Positions 53,101-64,000 of a DNA stretch of 64,000 nt are shown here, one piece after another. The notes under the pieces were generated by a model, which saw only the letters and a program-made list of their open reading frames with translations, did not search any database and had not been told where the DNA came from. The position numbers and the translations under genes are program-made. How positions within the stretch are numbered: the first letter of the stretch is position 1; each line of letters opens with the position of its first letter. Source of the stretch: Euglena gracilis (Eukaryota); assembly GCA_039621445.1 (NCBI GenBank), contig CP154954.1, forward strand, positions 8,930,634-8,994,633, read 5' to 3'.

Positions 53101-54075
53101 ACCAACTGTCACAACACCCCCTTCTGCTGTAGGCCATGCTTTCCCAAGCGATTATCCACATGCTGGGGTGGGTGTGAGGGGGGGGGGGGGTCCCAGTTCG
53201 TGCCATTACTTCGATTATTGGCATGCAATGCAAGCTCCGATTATAAGCATGCCCCAGCCAACTCCAGCCAATTCCTTCAAATGACTTGTCCTGATTCTGC
53301 TCCGCAGGAAAAAAGAGACGTCCAGCGGCAAGTTGAAGAACGGAGGCAGCAAGCAGCGGTGTGCTTCCATCGATGACCCAGTCAGTTTTTGCGAAGACGG
53401 AGAGCACCCTGAAACGTTTTTTTGTGGTGGATCATTTCTTGGTGTGTATGTTATTTTCCTAAGTCTCAAACCCTCCTGTTGTACAGAGCCTCGCCCCCAA
53501 TTGAGGACCATTCAGGAGCATCCAAATCCTGATTGTGGCACCATCTCCTCATTTATCTGACAATGGAAAGGAGAGGAAAGGAAAAGAAATGGGGCTAAGA
53601 AATCGGGCTTGCAGGTTGGAGTGTAATGTTGGGCGAATGACAGAAACGGGGGAACCAACAATAAAAGAAAGCCCTCCTGTTTTCTGCCCCAATTTGTGTC
53701 TTTTGCTTTTTGAGGGAACAATCTTTGGGGAAAATCCAATTTTTCAATTTCAATTTTTCATTCACTGTTTTTGGAATCCCTTTTTTGTGCACCACACATC
53801 TTGTCCCTGGTCCATCAGGGGACGGTCAACTTTCGACGGAAGTTTCAACGCACTTGGGGGAGGGCGTTTCTTTTGTGGTTTTATTTCTGGCTTTATTTTG
53901 TTTATTTATGGCTATTTAAACGGTCATTGAGCCGTTGGACTCACCTCCCGGAGTTGTCTTCCCCGCCAGTTGTCTTCCGCCGTGTTACCTGTGCCATTGT
54001 ATTTCTGGCTGCCACGCAGTACGAAGCCCCCAAGTGGCGGCTCTTTGAGGGCCGGCTGGACTTTGCGGAGCGGCC
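50129..54075 (+). CDS. Multi-exon gene, hypothetical protein (partial; GT-AG introns)
   Basis: Phase-consistent GT-AG chain ~50129-50206, 51182-51207, 51607-51676, 52069-52236, 53308-53358, 54020-~54075 gives ..PPFDPNSPSGYFRLCHFAK-QGALLGSTG-SSAISKELPLMRARCFESDLWRQ-NLERKQARVVSGEKPP...LRRETQ-EKRDVQRQVEERRQQAA-YEAPKWRLFEGRLDFAERP. Further upstream exons are likely in 46600-49400. No recognisable domain. Confidence 0.6.
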
Positions 54076-54752
54076 TGCGCCCCACGCTGCCCCCGCAGCC
54101 AGCAGCCTCCCAGCCATATGTTCACAGCCCCCCCCCCCCCCTGGGGGGGATGGGAGTTTACGAGAGTGGGTGGGTTTGGGTCGCTAGACCCCCTCCCCCA
54201 AGGGTGGGGGGGGGGGGGGGCGCTGTGGCCGGAGGCAGGTTTGGCCTGAAAACTTTAAAAACATTTTTGGCTGGTTTCGGTGTGGATGGATTTAAAAAAA
54301 AATGGGTGGTGGGTTTTGGTGCGAAAAAAGTGCCCACCCCTCGCTGAGTGAATCTATGCACCCGGCGCCGCACGCGTGCGCGTTTGCCACCAGCAAAGGG
54401 CTGGCTCCCTCCCTGCCGCCAATCAACCGGATGGAGCACGCTTGATCCACCTCACCTCTCCAACCTCCTCTCCAACCGCTCCCCCTTTTTTCCCTCTCCC
54501 TCCTGTCCGTCTGTTTGTGCTTCTCACATTTTGGCTCCCCTTTTTTTCTTTCCAACCTTGTGAACCACCTGTCTGTATCATTCTATTTTCTTCGCTTTCT
54601 CTCAACAGGTCGAAGCAAAACCGAGCCATGTTAGGGAGGGTAGGCTGTTTCTTTTGTCAGAAATTTTGGTAGGTTTTGAATGACGGGCACGAACATTTGC
54701 AGTTTTCCTGCCCACAAAAAGAAAAGTGGCAAAACTGTGCCACCCTCCTGGG

Positions 54753-55868
54753 CAGGCACCTGTGGCCGACCAGGGCCGACCAGGGCCGACCAGGGCCGAC
54801 CAGGGCCGACCAGGGCCGACTATGATTTTCAGGACCCCCGTAGGTGGGGGTTCCGACCAGGGCCGACCAGGGCCGACCAGGGCCGACCAGGGCCGACCAG
54901 GGCCGACCAGGGCCGACCAGGGCCGACCAGGGCCGACTTGCATGTGATTGGCCGACCGAAGGGGAATGGATGAAGGACTTAGGCAGCTTTCCCTCTGAAC
55001 CAAGCTCCTTTGATGATGCTGGGCGGTGCTGGGCGATGCAGGACGATGCTGGCCCGGCAGCATCGACCGCGGGTTACCGCGGGTTTCAGGACTGTCATAG
55101 GTGGGTTGCCGACCGCAGCCGACCGCAGCCGACCGTGCAACTTTTTTTCTGATTGATGTCATTTTTTCAGTGAGAATGAGGAATTTCATCCCAGATTTTG
55201 AGATTTTTCTGGCTCGTCTGTTCTTCGTCGGCACTTTGGCTACTTTTGGCTACTTTTGGCCGCTTTTGGCCACTTTAGGTCGCTTTTGTCCCTTTTGGCC
55301 CATTTGTCACCATAATTCACCAATTTCGATCTATTTTGACCATTTTTTTTGCCACTTTTTGCGCACTTGTTGTAAGTTTGGGCCATTTTGTCCTGCTCTG
55401 GGGCCATTTTTGACCATTTATAGCCATTTTCGACCTTTTTTTTGTTTATTTTGCCCATTTTTTTGGTCTCTTTTTGGTCCAATTTGACCATTTTTGAGCA
55501 TTTTGTGCCAGTATATTGTATATTTTGAAGAACTCAACCCATTTTTGGATAATTTCCCCACAAATCTCCAGTTTTACACCCATTTTGGCCATTACGGATC
55601 AGTTTTTGCTAACTTGGGGGCCATTTGTCACTGATTTGGCAAATATTGGGCTAATTTGGGTCAATGTGAGCATATTTTATGGCATTTTGGCCATTTTACG
55701 CCCTTTTGGTAATTTTGGGCCATTTTTCACAATCTTTTTTTTCTGTGACGATACCCCCACCTATGGCCGACTATTTGCCGACCAGGGCCGACCAGGGCCG
55801 ACCAGGGCCGACCAGGGCCGACCAGGGCCGACCAGAGCACCAAAATGGGAAGTGACCATAGGAGCCTT
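54753..55868. mobile_element. hAT-like non-autonomous element with (GGCCGACCAG)n subterminal arrays
   Basis: Perfect 8-bp TSD CTCCTGGG (54745-52, 55869-76); imperfect TIR CAGGCACCTGTGG/CCATAGGAGCCTT; decamer arrays at 54764-54820, 54853-54937 and 55777-55835. Confidence 0.85.
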
Positions 55869-56611
55869 CTCCTGGGGAGTGGGGGGGAGCCAAAAACCAG
55901 CCAGTTACCCTGGAAAAAAAACAAATTCAGTCACGTCGGCTAGGTGGTTGCGGGATGGGCAGCTTTTATCAAAAAAAAATTCACACCAAAATGATGGTGT
56001 GAACAATGAATGAACTTTGAAAAGTTCACAAATGAACTTTGAAAAAAATGGCCGAGAAGGTTCAAGTCTGTTCTCCAAACCCAAGGGGGGGATTTGGCCA
56101 TTCTCGGTCACCTGGCACCAGGCACCTATGGCTAAAATGGCCTAAAATGGCCTAAAATGGTCTGAAATGAATTTTTGACCACCTATAGGTGGGGGTCCCT
56201 AAAATGGCCTAAAAAGGCCTAAAATGGCTTAAAATGGGAAAAATTCTGCTGCACAACAGTTTTTTTTGTGAATAAATAAAGCCATTCAGGTAATGACTTT
56301 CGGTATCTTTCGTTAATGTAGGACACCTCGGGCTCCGCACTTTGCCCTTGTGAGGCCATGCCTTGCTCGCCGGCGGTGTTGTCTGGATTGTTCTTGTTCG
56401 CTGGGTTAGGAGTCCCTGCTTAGTGCCTTTTTTCGCCGGAGTTGGCTGATTCCTAAATTGCCCTTCGACACCCAGAAGAAAGGAACCTCAAGTACCTCAC
56501 CAATTGAGAGAAGAAGAAGACAATCAATCAATACAAACTATCCAGAATTTCACGCTCGTGCAGAAATTCAAATCAAAACTTGTTGAATTTTTCGAAAGAA
56601 TTCAATGAAAG

Positions 56612-59116
56612 ATGCAACTTCAAAGAAGCACAGCGCTGGAGAACTTCAAGAGGCAGCAGCAGCAGAAGCTGGACAACCTGACGGCGCAGGTCAACTGTGG
56701 CGAGCCGTGGCTGCCCCTTCCCCAAAACAAATTTCCCCCACAGAAATTTCCAGAACCCAAACCCCCCAAAGGGATGGCCACGGACCCTGGCAGACAGTGG
56801 TCAGAAGACCCCGAAAGGGGCAGAAGCAACAACCAGCAGGCCACTACGGCCATTGGAGCCAGGGCCACTGGGGCCAACGTTATGCCACTTACACCAATAC
56901 CTTGTTCAAGCTGGGCCAGGGCGGCCACAACAGCAAACTGGGCCAGGGCGGCCACAACAGCAATGGCCATGGCGGCCGATGGAACAAAGGCCAGGGTGGC
57001 CAACAATACCAAGGCCAGGGTGGCCAATTCCACAAACAAATGCCCAATGGCAGGGGCAGGACAGGTCCACAACACCCCCCCAGCCATTTCTTCATCACAA
57101 ACCCCATCAGGGGAAAAGGATTGGCCCCCAGAGGCCCCCCAAGATTATCAATGGGCATGGTGCCCAAGATCAAAGAGAAATCAATGGGGACTTTCAAAAT
57201 CTCAAGAAGGCCAGTGGGGCCAACATCAAAAGGGCCAGTGGGGCCAGAATTATTATCAAGGCCACTGGGGCCATCGAATATCAGAAGGGGAGAACCCCCA
57301 GAAGCTAAAGGGCTGTCCCCCAGCAGGGGATTCCAATATTTTATTCCAGTGGCAGCCTCAGGAGGATGCCCCAGAAGGGGCTATGGAGGACAAGGGGGCA
57401 ACCCCCCCTCAAGTTTATTCTTCAGTGCCCATGGCAGGGGCAAATCACAACAAGGGGGAGACCCAAAAAGGGGCCCCTATGGTATGTCAATCGACAACAA
57501 CAATGACAAAGTGGAGGATCAGAGAGACTGTGAGCAGAGCATGCACACCCCCCCAGCCACCTTTGCAAAATGCTCAATTCACTTCAGAGGTGCAATGTCC
57601 AACACCCCTCACCCAGCCCCCAGAAAATCATCTGGTTGGGAAAATAAATTACATGGAGGAAAAATGGGGAGACACCCCCCTGTACCAGAGACTTCAGAAA
57701 AGTCTAAAATGGTGGACAAAAAATGCCCCCCCAGCAACATGTCAACTGATCAAGAATGGAATTCAGCCCCCCTGGGTAAATCCCCCAAAATTGTCCACCC
57801 ACCCAAAGCCCAGGGCCAACCTGGACCTGAACCAGGCAGAAGAAATTCTGCTGGATTACGAAAAATCTGGGTCAGTGAAACGAGTTTGGGATTCAGACAC
57901 CCAGCATTTGATCCTATGGTTTTTAATTTCAAAAACAGAAGGGGGAACAACCAAATGGAGAATGATCAGCGACTGCAGAGAAATAAATCAGCAGTTTCAA
58001 GTAAAACCCTTCAAGTTGGATCATATCCAACACATTTTTCCAGTTTTGGAAAAAGGCCACTGGGCAGCAAAAATAGACCTAAAAGATGCCTATTTTCATA
58101 TTCCAGTAAGTCCAGGCCTAAGGCCATTTTTAAGGCATCAGGTGGGGGGGCAGACCTGGGAATTTCAAACAGGCTGCTTTGGGCTAAATGTAATGCCCCA
58201 AATTTTCATGTCAGTGATGAAAACATTCGAGAAACTGTGGAGAAAAAGGGGCATCCAGGTATTTATTTACCTGGACGACATTTTACTGGTGGCCCCCACC
58301 CAAAATATTTTCCAACATCACCTGAAAACAGTTGTCAAAGATTTGCTGGATTCTGGATTCAAAATCAATGTGAAAAAGTCCACCCTGCAGCCCACACAAG
58401 TGGTAACCCATCTGGGGTTTCAACTGAACTTCCAGGAAGGAAAACTACAGGTGCCCCCCCAGAAAGTCAAAACCATAAAAAAGGAGCTGGGAAAAATTGT
58501 GAAAAAAGATTACATGTCAAAAAGGCAATTGGCTGCCATTTTGGGCCAAATACGATGCAACCTAATGGCCCTGCCCTTTTTAAGGGCTTTTACAGACACC
58601 CTGGCAAAATTTTTGGTGGCAAAGTCCACAGCCCCCTGGGACTCAAAACACCCCATTTCCCAGGAAATCAAGGCCCAATTAAGGGAAATAAAAATTCTGC
58701 TGGACACCTGGGGGGGCAGACCCTTCCCACAAAATGCAACCAGAGTGTTGCACTCAGACAGCAGCACCCATGCTTGGGGGGGGCTGGACATCCACACAGG
58801 AGAAATTGTGCAGGACTTCTGGAGAAAAGACTCCATTTTGCACATCAATGTAAAGGAGCTCAGTGCAGCAATCAGCACTGTGAAAAGTTTGAGCAAACCT
58901 GGGGAAACCGTTTCCTTATCAGTGGACAACCAGGTAATTTACTTTTACCTGACAAAAGGTGGGGGCAGAAAGGACCCCTTCAACAAAATGCTAAGACCAT
59001 TTTTCAAGTGGTGCATGGAGCACCAAGTAAACCTCCAAGTCAACTGGGTACCTTCAAAAGAATGCCTGGCAGACCCCATCAGCAGATGGGAAATGGACAG
59101 GGGGGATTATTCTTTG
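56612..59116 (+). CDS. DIRS reverse transcriptase/RNase H (upstream Gly/Gln-rich gag-like part)
   Basis: KWRMISDCREIN, KIDLKDAYFHIPV, CFGLNVMP, YLDDILL, THLGF; RNase H HSDSS...HINVKEL...SVDNQ...ADPISR. The pol frame is broken by a 1-nt insertion at ~59117. Confidence 0.92.
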
Positions 59117-59117
59117 A

Positions 59118-59609
59118 GACCCCCAACTTTTTCAATGGCTCAGACAGCAGTTCAAACAATTCATAAATTTGGAAACAGATTTATTTGCCTCCCCAGGCAA
59201 CAAAAAACTGCCCAATTTTGTGGCCAGGTGGCCCCACTGGGATGCCACAGCAGTAAATGCACTGCAATGTCCACTGGACAACATGGGGGATCTTTATGCA
59301 AACCCCCCCTGGTCAATAATTCACCAATTTCTACCCAGGTTGAAAATGTTTCCCCAGACCAAAGTTTTTATGGTCACCCCCTACTGGGTTTCAGCCACCT
59401 GGTGGCCCCAATTAATAAAAACGAAAGTTCCAGGGACCCCCTGCCTGAAAATCACCCCCTACAAGGGCATGTTCACCAACTGCAGGGGAGAACAAATGCC
59501 ACCCCCCAGGTGGCCCCTGGTTTGCATGATTTGCTCAGGCAAATTTTGGAGGGGAAACAAATTCAGGTTGAGACCATTAACGATTTCCTGGGGAGAAACC
59601 CCAGTTTAA
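59118..59609 (+). CDS. DIRS Dam-like DNA N6-adenine methyltransferase domain (normally C-terminal to RT/RH)
   Basis: DPQLFQWLRQQF...ETDLFASPGNKKL...YANPPWSII...VTPYWVSATWWPQL. DLFAS and NPPW motifs are present. Confidence 0.85.
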   Translation, partial: DPQLFQWLRQQFKQFINLETDLFASPGNKKLPNFVARWPHWDATAVNALQCPLDNMGDLYANPPWSIIHQFLPRLKMFPQTKVFMVTPYWVSATWWPQLIKTKVPGTPCLKITPYKGMFTNCRGEQMPPPRWPLVCMICSGKFWRGNKFRLRPLTISWGETPV

Positions 59610-60450
59610 AGCGTTATCAGAGTGCTTTTGCACTTCTGTGGGTCATTTTGGAACACATGGGGGTGCCCCCCCTGAAGCCACCACTGACCAAGTGGCTGAC
59701 GCTTTAATTCAATTATTCAAGTTTTCCAAGGCCCAAGCCCGTAATGCCTACAGTGCTATGCTTTTGATTCCTGGGTTTGGTGGGCTGAGATTCCACACTC
59801 TGTTGACCCCCTACAAGAGGCTTTGGAACCAAAATCTTGAGAAGTATGGGGCATTTTGGGATCCCCTCCCAATCCTCCTGGGGCTGGCAAAGGCGCCTAT
59901 GCCCACTGATATTTGTACATTGCGTACACAACTTATTTTTTGCTCACGAATCCTCTGTTTATACCGATCCTCCGACTTATCGCAAGTCAAGCGAACCACA
60001 AGTGTGTTGGGTAGGGCACCCTACATCAAGATTAAGCGTAAAGGACAGAAATTCCATAAGTGGGAAAGGGTTGTGTCCATTCCCCAATGTCCCCAAATCA
60101 GCCCCTTTCATTTAATGATGTGTTATGTGGCTGCTACACGCTTATTCGTCAGACCTGGGGGTCCCCTCCTAATTTCCTTAAAACCACCCTTCAGGGCCAT
60201 AAGTGCAGACACCATTGCTTCCATCACAAACGCATTTTTGGCCCAACATGGGGTATCCCCCCAGGTGTGGGGGGCCCACTTCACCAGAGGGGCAGGATTT
60301 GGTCTACTCAAAAATTGGGCCTTCCCGCCCAAGAAGTTTGTTAACTTGGTCAGTAGTGGGTGGTGGAGGATTTTACAGCCCATTACCAAAGACTGGGTGC
60401 CCAAGGTGCCCTGGAAAATGCCCTGGCCCCCCTAATTTCAGTGCACAATC
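59520..60450 (+). pseudogene. DIRS tyrosine recombinase (frameshifts and stops)
   Basis: N-domain LHDLLRQILEGK...SLKRYQSAF; catalytic LYRSSDL, KRKG, GAHFTRGAG; C-terminal LGLPAQEVC*LGQ*WVVEDFTAHY in a shifted frame. Frameshifts at the C-run ~59670 and A-run ~60312; stops at ~60342 and ~60354. Confidence 0.85.
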
Positions 60451-62819
60451 AGGCCTCACAAGGGCAAAGTGCGGAGCCCGAGGTGTCTCGTACTCCCTCG
60501 AGGAAAACCGACCAGGGAGGAAGGGACACCGAGGGCGAAGCACAAAGACCTTGTGAGCCCGACCCCCCCCCACCCGTAAAAGAAAATTTGTGTTCAAAAG
60601 CCCTCGGTCAGACAGTGGGGGCCAGGGGGGGGGGGAGGGGGGGGGACACCCCCCAGGGGCAAAAAGCCACGCCGCCCAGTCGGAGCAGCATCGTCAGCCA
60701 ACTCCGGCGAGGCGGCACTAAGCAGGGACTCCTAACCCAGCGAACAAGAACAATCCAGACAACACCGCCGGCGAGCAAGGCATGGCCTCACAAGGTCTTT
60801 GTGCTTCGCCCTCGGTGTCCCTTCCTCCCTGGTCGGTTTTCCTCGAGGGAGTACGAATGGCAAACAGTGGATTTGGTGGAGGAGCACAGCCCCACAAGGC
60901 CATTTTTTTATCCCAACTAATAATGGTATCAGTCCCCAACCTTCTTTTGATTGCTGAATTCTGAAGGATTGTGGGTAGTACGATGTCTGTTTTGCAAATA
61001 ATGAAATAGTGCAAATTTGGAAGCATGGGGAAAAAGAAAGAAAAATAAGATGAAAGATGCTGGAAAAATCCCAATTGAGAGATGGGTATGCTCATTCGTC
61101 ACCCGGGATTCCTTCGAACCAGCACAATTTCGGGTATTTTCCAAAACCACAAATAGTCATGCCGAATGATCAAATGACCCAAACAACCAACCACAAACAA
61201 ATTTGAATGAGATTCTCTGCTGTTTAGGTTTTCTTTTTAGTATTAAGTTTCCCCAAAGGGGAAAACAAACACGGAGAAGAGGAATTGCTCTCAGCTTTGC
61301 CCTTTGATCTGTGCCATCCTCTCTCATTTATGCCAAAAAAGGCTATGCCAAATGCCAAATGGCTAAAACAATGCCAAAATCAAATTGAATTTCAGCAACA
61401 GCATCATCTTTCAGAAAAAATGACTTCTTTTGGGAAATCCCGCAAAGTGCTGTAGATTTCACAAAATACATAAACCAGGCCACAAATAAAAAAATTTAAT
61501 ATTTGTCCGACGCTTTTTTTCTGAACAATCTTTCATTGCCGAAAATTCTTACTGTTCAGAATTCCTCTATGGGCGTGCATTAAGATTTGTTGAGCTTCCC
61601 ATGGTTTTGATCCAGTGTTCATGAATGTTGCATGTTTCTTTGGATGTACATTTCTGATCACCGAATAAGAGAAGTTTGCACACGTTATGATACAGTTTTC
61701 GGGACAAAAATGATGCAAAAGTATGATTTTCAGACCCCACGTATCTTTGTATACCTGCATACAAATGGCCTAAAATGGCCTCCAATGGCCTAAAATGCCC
61801 TAAAATGGGAAGTTTTGGGCTTGACTATAGGTGCCTGCCCGGCACCTTCGGGGCTGGGGGTATGCAAAACTCCAAAATCTGATCCCCCCGTGCCCCCCAT
61901 AGCACCCCTAGGGGCGTTGTGGGGCTAGGTGCTATCTTCCTTAAAAAGAGGCCTGGTGATCACCCTGGGTTCCAAAATCACCTGGAAATAAAATTAATAC
62001 ATACATAAGTTACATCTGTAACGCATACATGCACACACACACACACATACACAACAAATACACATAATATTTCTGTACATCCATTCATTTAAAAATCATT
62101 AAAAGTTTTTTTTCTGGAGACCTGTGTCCCAAATTTTCAGCAAGGAAAGTGGGAGGAGTCTTGCTTGATATTTTAATTGAAACTCGAGGGGAATATTTTG
62201 AATTAACAGATGGATGCACAACAATATACAACTTTCTAATTTGTTGCATATTGTTATTCATGCATGCGCATGCCCCATTCATTTACAAGAACACACAAAA
62301 AATGCACCATTATGTTGTATTGTAATGTTATAATGAAATAATATGTTGTTTTATTTATTATTCATATAATATTCTTACAAAATGTGATATTATCTATTGA
62401 AATGTGTGCACATATTTTTTAATTGTATTATATTATTATTATTAATACATATAAAATTAATGTTATGTTTTTCATGCATTGTGCTATATAATAACTTTTT
62501 ATAAGGGTCATGGCCCCCAAATCCCCCCTACCCCAATTTTTTTTGTCCAACGATGTTTTTTTTGGCCTCCCAGACCCCTACCCCAATTGTTTTTGCCCAG
62601 AAGGATGTTTATTGGTCTTCCGGACCCGGAAAACATGTTTCTGAGCCGAAAATGGGCGGTTTTTTTAAACCCCCCAGAACCCCGTTTTTGGCCCAAAACC
62701 CTTGGTGTTTGGGTCAAAAAAAAGTGGGGGACAGCATAAATTTTTTTGTCCAACGATGTTTTTATTGCCTACCAGACCCGGAATCGGACTGCCACGACAG
62801 AGGAAGGGGGGAGGAAGGA

Positions 62820-64000
62820 ACCAAGACGGCTCCGCAATGCGAGTTGATGAGTGAGGTCCTGCTTTCTTTGCCGGCTGTTCTGCTCTGGTGTGTTTGTGCG
62901 TGCGCGGGGAGTGCTTCTTACTGCTTTGTTTGTTTCCGGAGTTGGCTGATTGCTAATTCTGCCCTTCGACCTCAAGAAGAAAGAATTTTACTTCTACGAG
63001 TTCAAGTGGGACTACTTTCCGATGAGCACCACATTCACGAAGACCAGTACTTTGTCAACTAGTGGAGCGGACTTTTTCGTACCTTCAACTTCCTGGAGGA
63101 CGAATTCAACTCTTCGAGTTCAACTGGAATTATTACCAGGAGCATTGCACTTACTAAAACAAGATCAACAACTGGACTTACTGTCATAGGGGAAAATAAC
63201 ACCCAGAAAAAATAACATCTGGAAAAATAACATCTGAATAAATAACATCGAGAGAGTCTTGTAAAAAGGCACTTAAAGGTCATCTAGTTCCAGCGCTTCA
63301 GTTACCCCGACTGCGCCATTGTGCAGTTGGAGGGAGTGCAAGGCATTGCAAAAAAAAACTGGAGCGCACACCAGACATTTACCCACACCCCCCCACGAGT
63401 CATTGCCAGCTTCCCCCCAAGGACCCCCACAGGACAGGGTCCCGGGGGGGAAACTGGCCATAAACGTGTGTACCAGGCGTATGTTTCTGTCCCCTTCCGT
63501 TGAGGAAGTTAGGATGGAAGCAGATCCTATTAGGATCTCCTAATGGGTGCCACTTCTCTCTCCACAGGTGGTATTCTGTTTTTCCCTTTGTCCTTCCTTT
63601 TTCTCCGGACCGGACTTGGACATCCAGTCCGTCCTCCCTGCATTGCTCTGTGCTTTGCTTCTTGGGAAGTGGGAAAGGGGTTTTTCCTGTTACTCTGATT
63701 TTCAGTTCCCAAGTAGGTGCGCCAAGGCGAAAGTGAAGGCTTTTTGGGAATTGGGAAAGGGGAATTGGGAATCAGACGTACACTTGGTAGCAGATTGGTT
63801 TGATCCTACGCTGACTGGCAGCGGAGAGCCCCTGCACCGTTATTACACGGTCGCAGCGTCAGCTCCCGGCTTCTAGTCAACGTCTAAGCAGGTTCTGTAC
63901 GGTATTACCCGTTACAGCCCCTCTGGTGCCAGCACAACTGCTTATTTTTGTGGGTTTTTGCTGCTTTTGTCATCAGAAAGATGCAAAGCACAGACCCCAA
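62820..64000 (+). mobile_element. 5' part of a second, divergent DIRS-like element (degenerate)
   Basis: 62827-62985 resembles 56331-56483 (GGCTCCGCA...GTGAGG...CCGGAGTTGGCTGATT...TGCCCTTCGAC...AGAAGAAAG). It is followed by stop-interrupted protein-like sequence; the 3' extent is a guess. Confidence 0.55.

Larger units (their letters stand above)
56322..60856 (+). mobile_element. DIRS1-type tyrosine-recombinase retrotransposon, full length, mutated
   Basis: Left ITR (~56347-56427) is the reverse complement of ~60715-60795. ICR 60452-60557 is complementary to both the extreme left end (56322-56357) and the right extension (60787-60856). Encodes RT, RNase H, MTase and YR. No TSD. Confidence 0.95.
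56119..61837. mobile_element. hAT-like non-autonomous element (~1.2 kb) split by the DIRS insertion
   Basis: 11-bp TIR CAGGCACCTAT/ATAGGTGCCTG; 8-bp TSD CCTGGCAC/CCCGGCAC; subterminal (GGCCTAAAAT)n at both ends. Confidence 0.85.

Noticed and set aside
59110-59125. Programmed frameshift between RNase H and MTase
   Set aside because: No slippery site, and the same copy has other frameshifts and nonsense mutations in YR. Mutation or read error is simpler.

Overview
Repeat-rich eukaryotic nuclear DNA, almost certainly from a euglenid (Euglena-like). Short GC-rich exons are separated by a mix of GT-AG introns and many non-GT-AG introns whose ends base-pair (N3-CAG ... CTG-N5 signature). I reconstructed by hand four split genes: a 10-exon, 282-aa atypical SDR/NAD(P)-binding protein (+, 4169-12507); a ~18-exon type-II membrane GDP-fucose-dependent fucosyltransferase-like gene (+, 24806-~43700); a divergent minus-strand gene of unknown function (~24043-14491); and a mostly GT-AG plus-strand gene of unknown function (~50129-54075). 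A full-length but mutated DIRS1-type tyrosine-recombinase retrotransposon (56322-60856; RT/RNase H, Dam-like MTase, YR, ITRs and ICR) is nested in a hAT-like non-autonomous element, and an empty-site paralog lies at ~48900. Most notable: five free-standing MITEs have CAG...CTG-type termini and 8-bp target-site duplications. Their geometry (3 nt + element + 5 nt = element + one 8-bp TSD) equals the nonconventional-intron signature, suggesting an intron-generating transposon system. All coordinates were read by eye; several exon borders are ambiguous by 1-3 nt.
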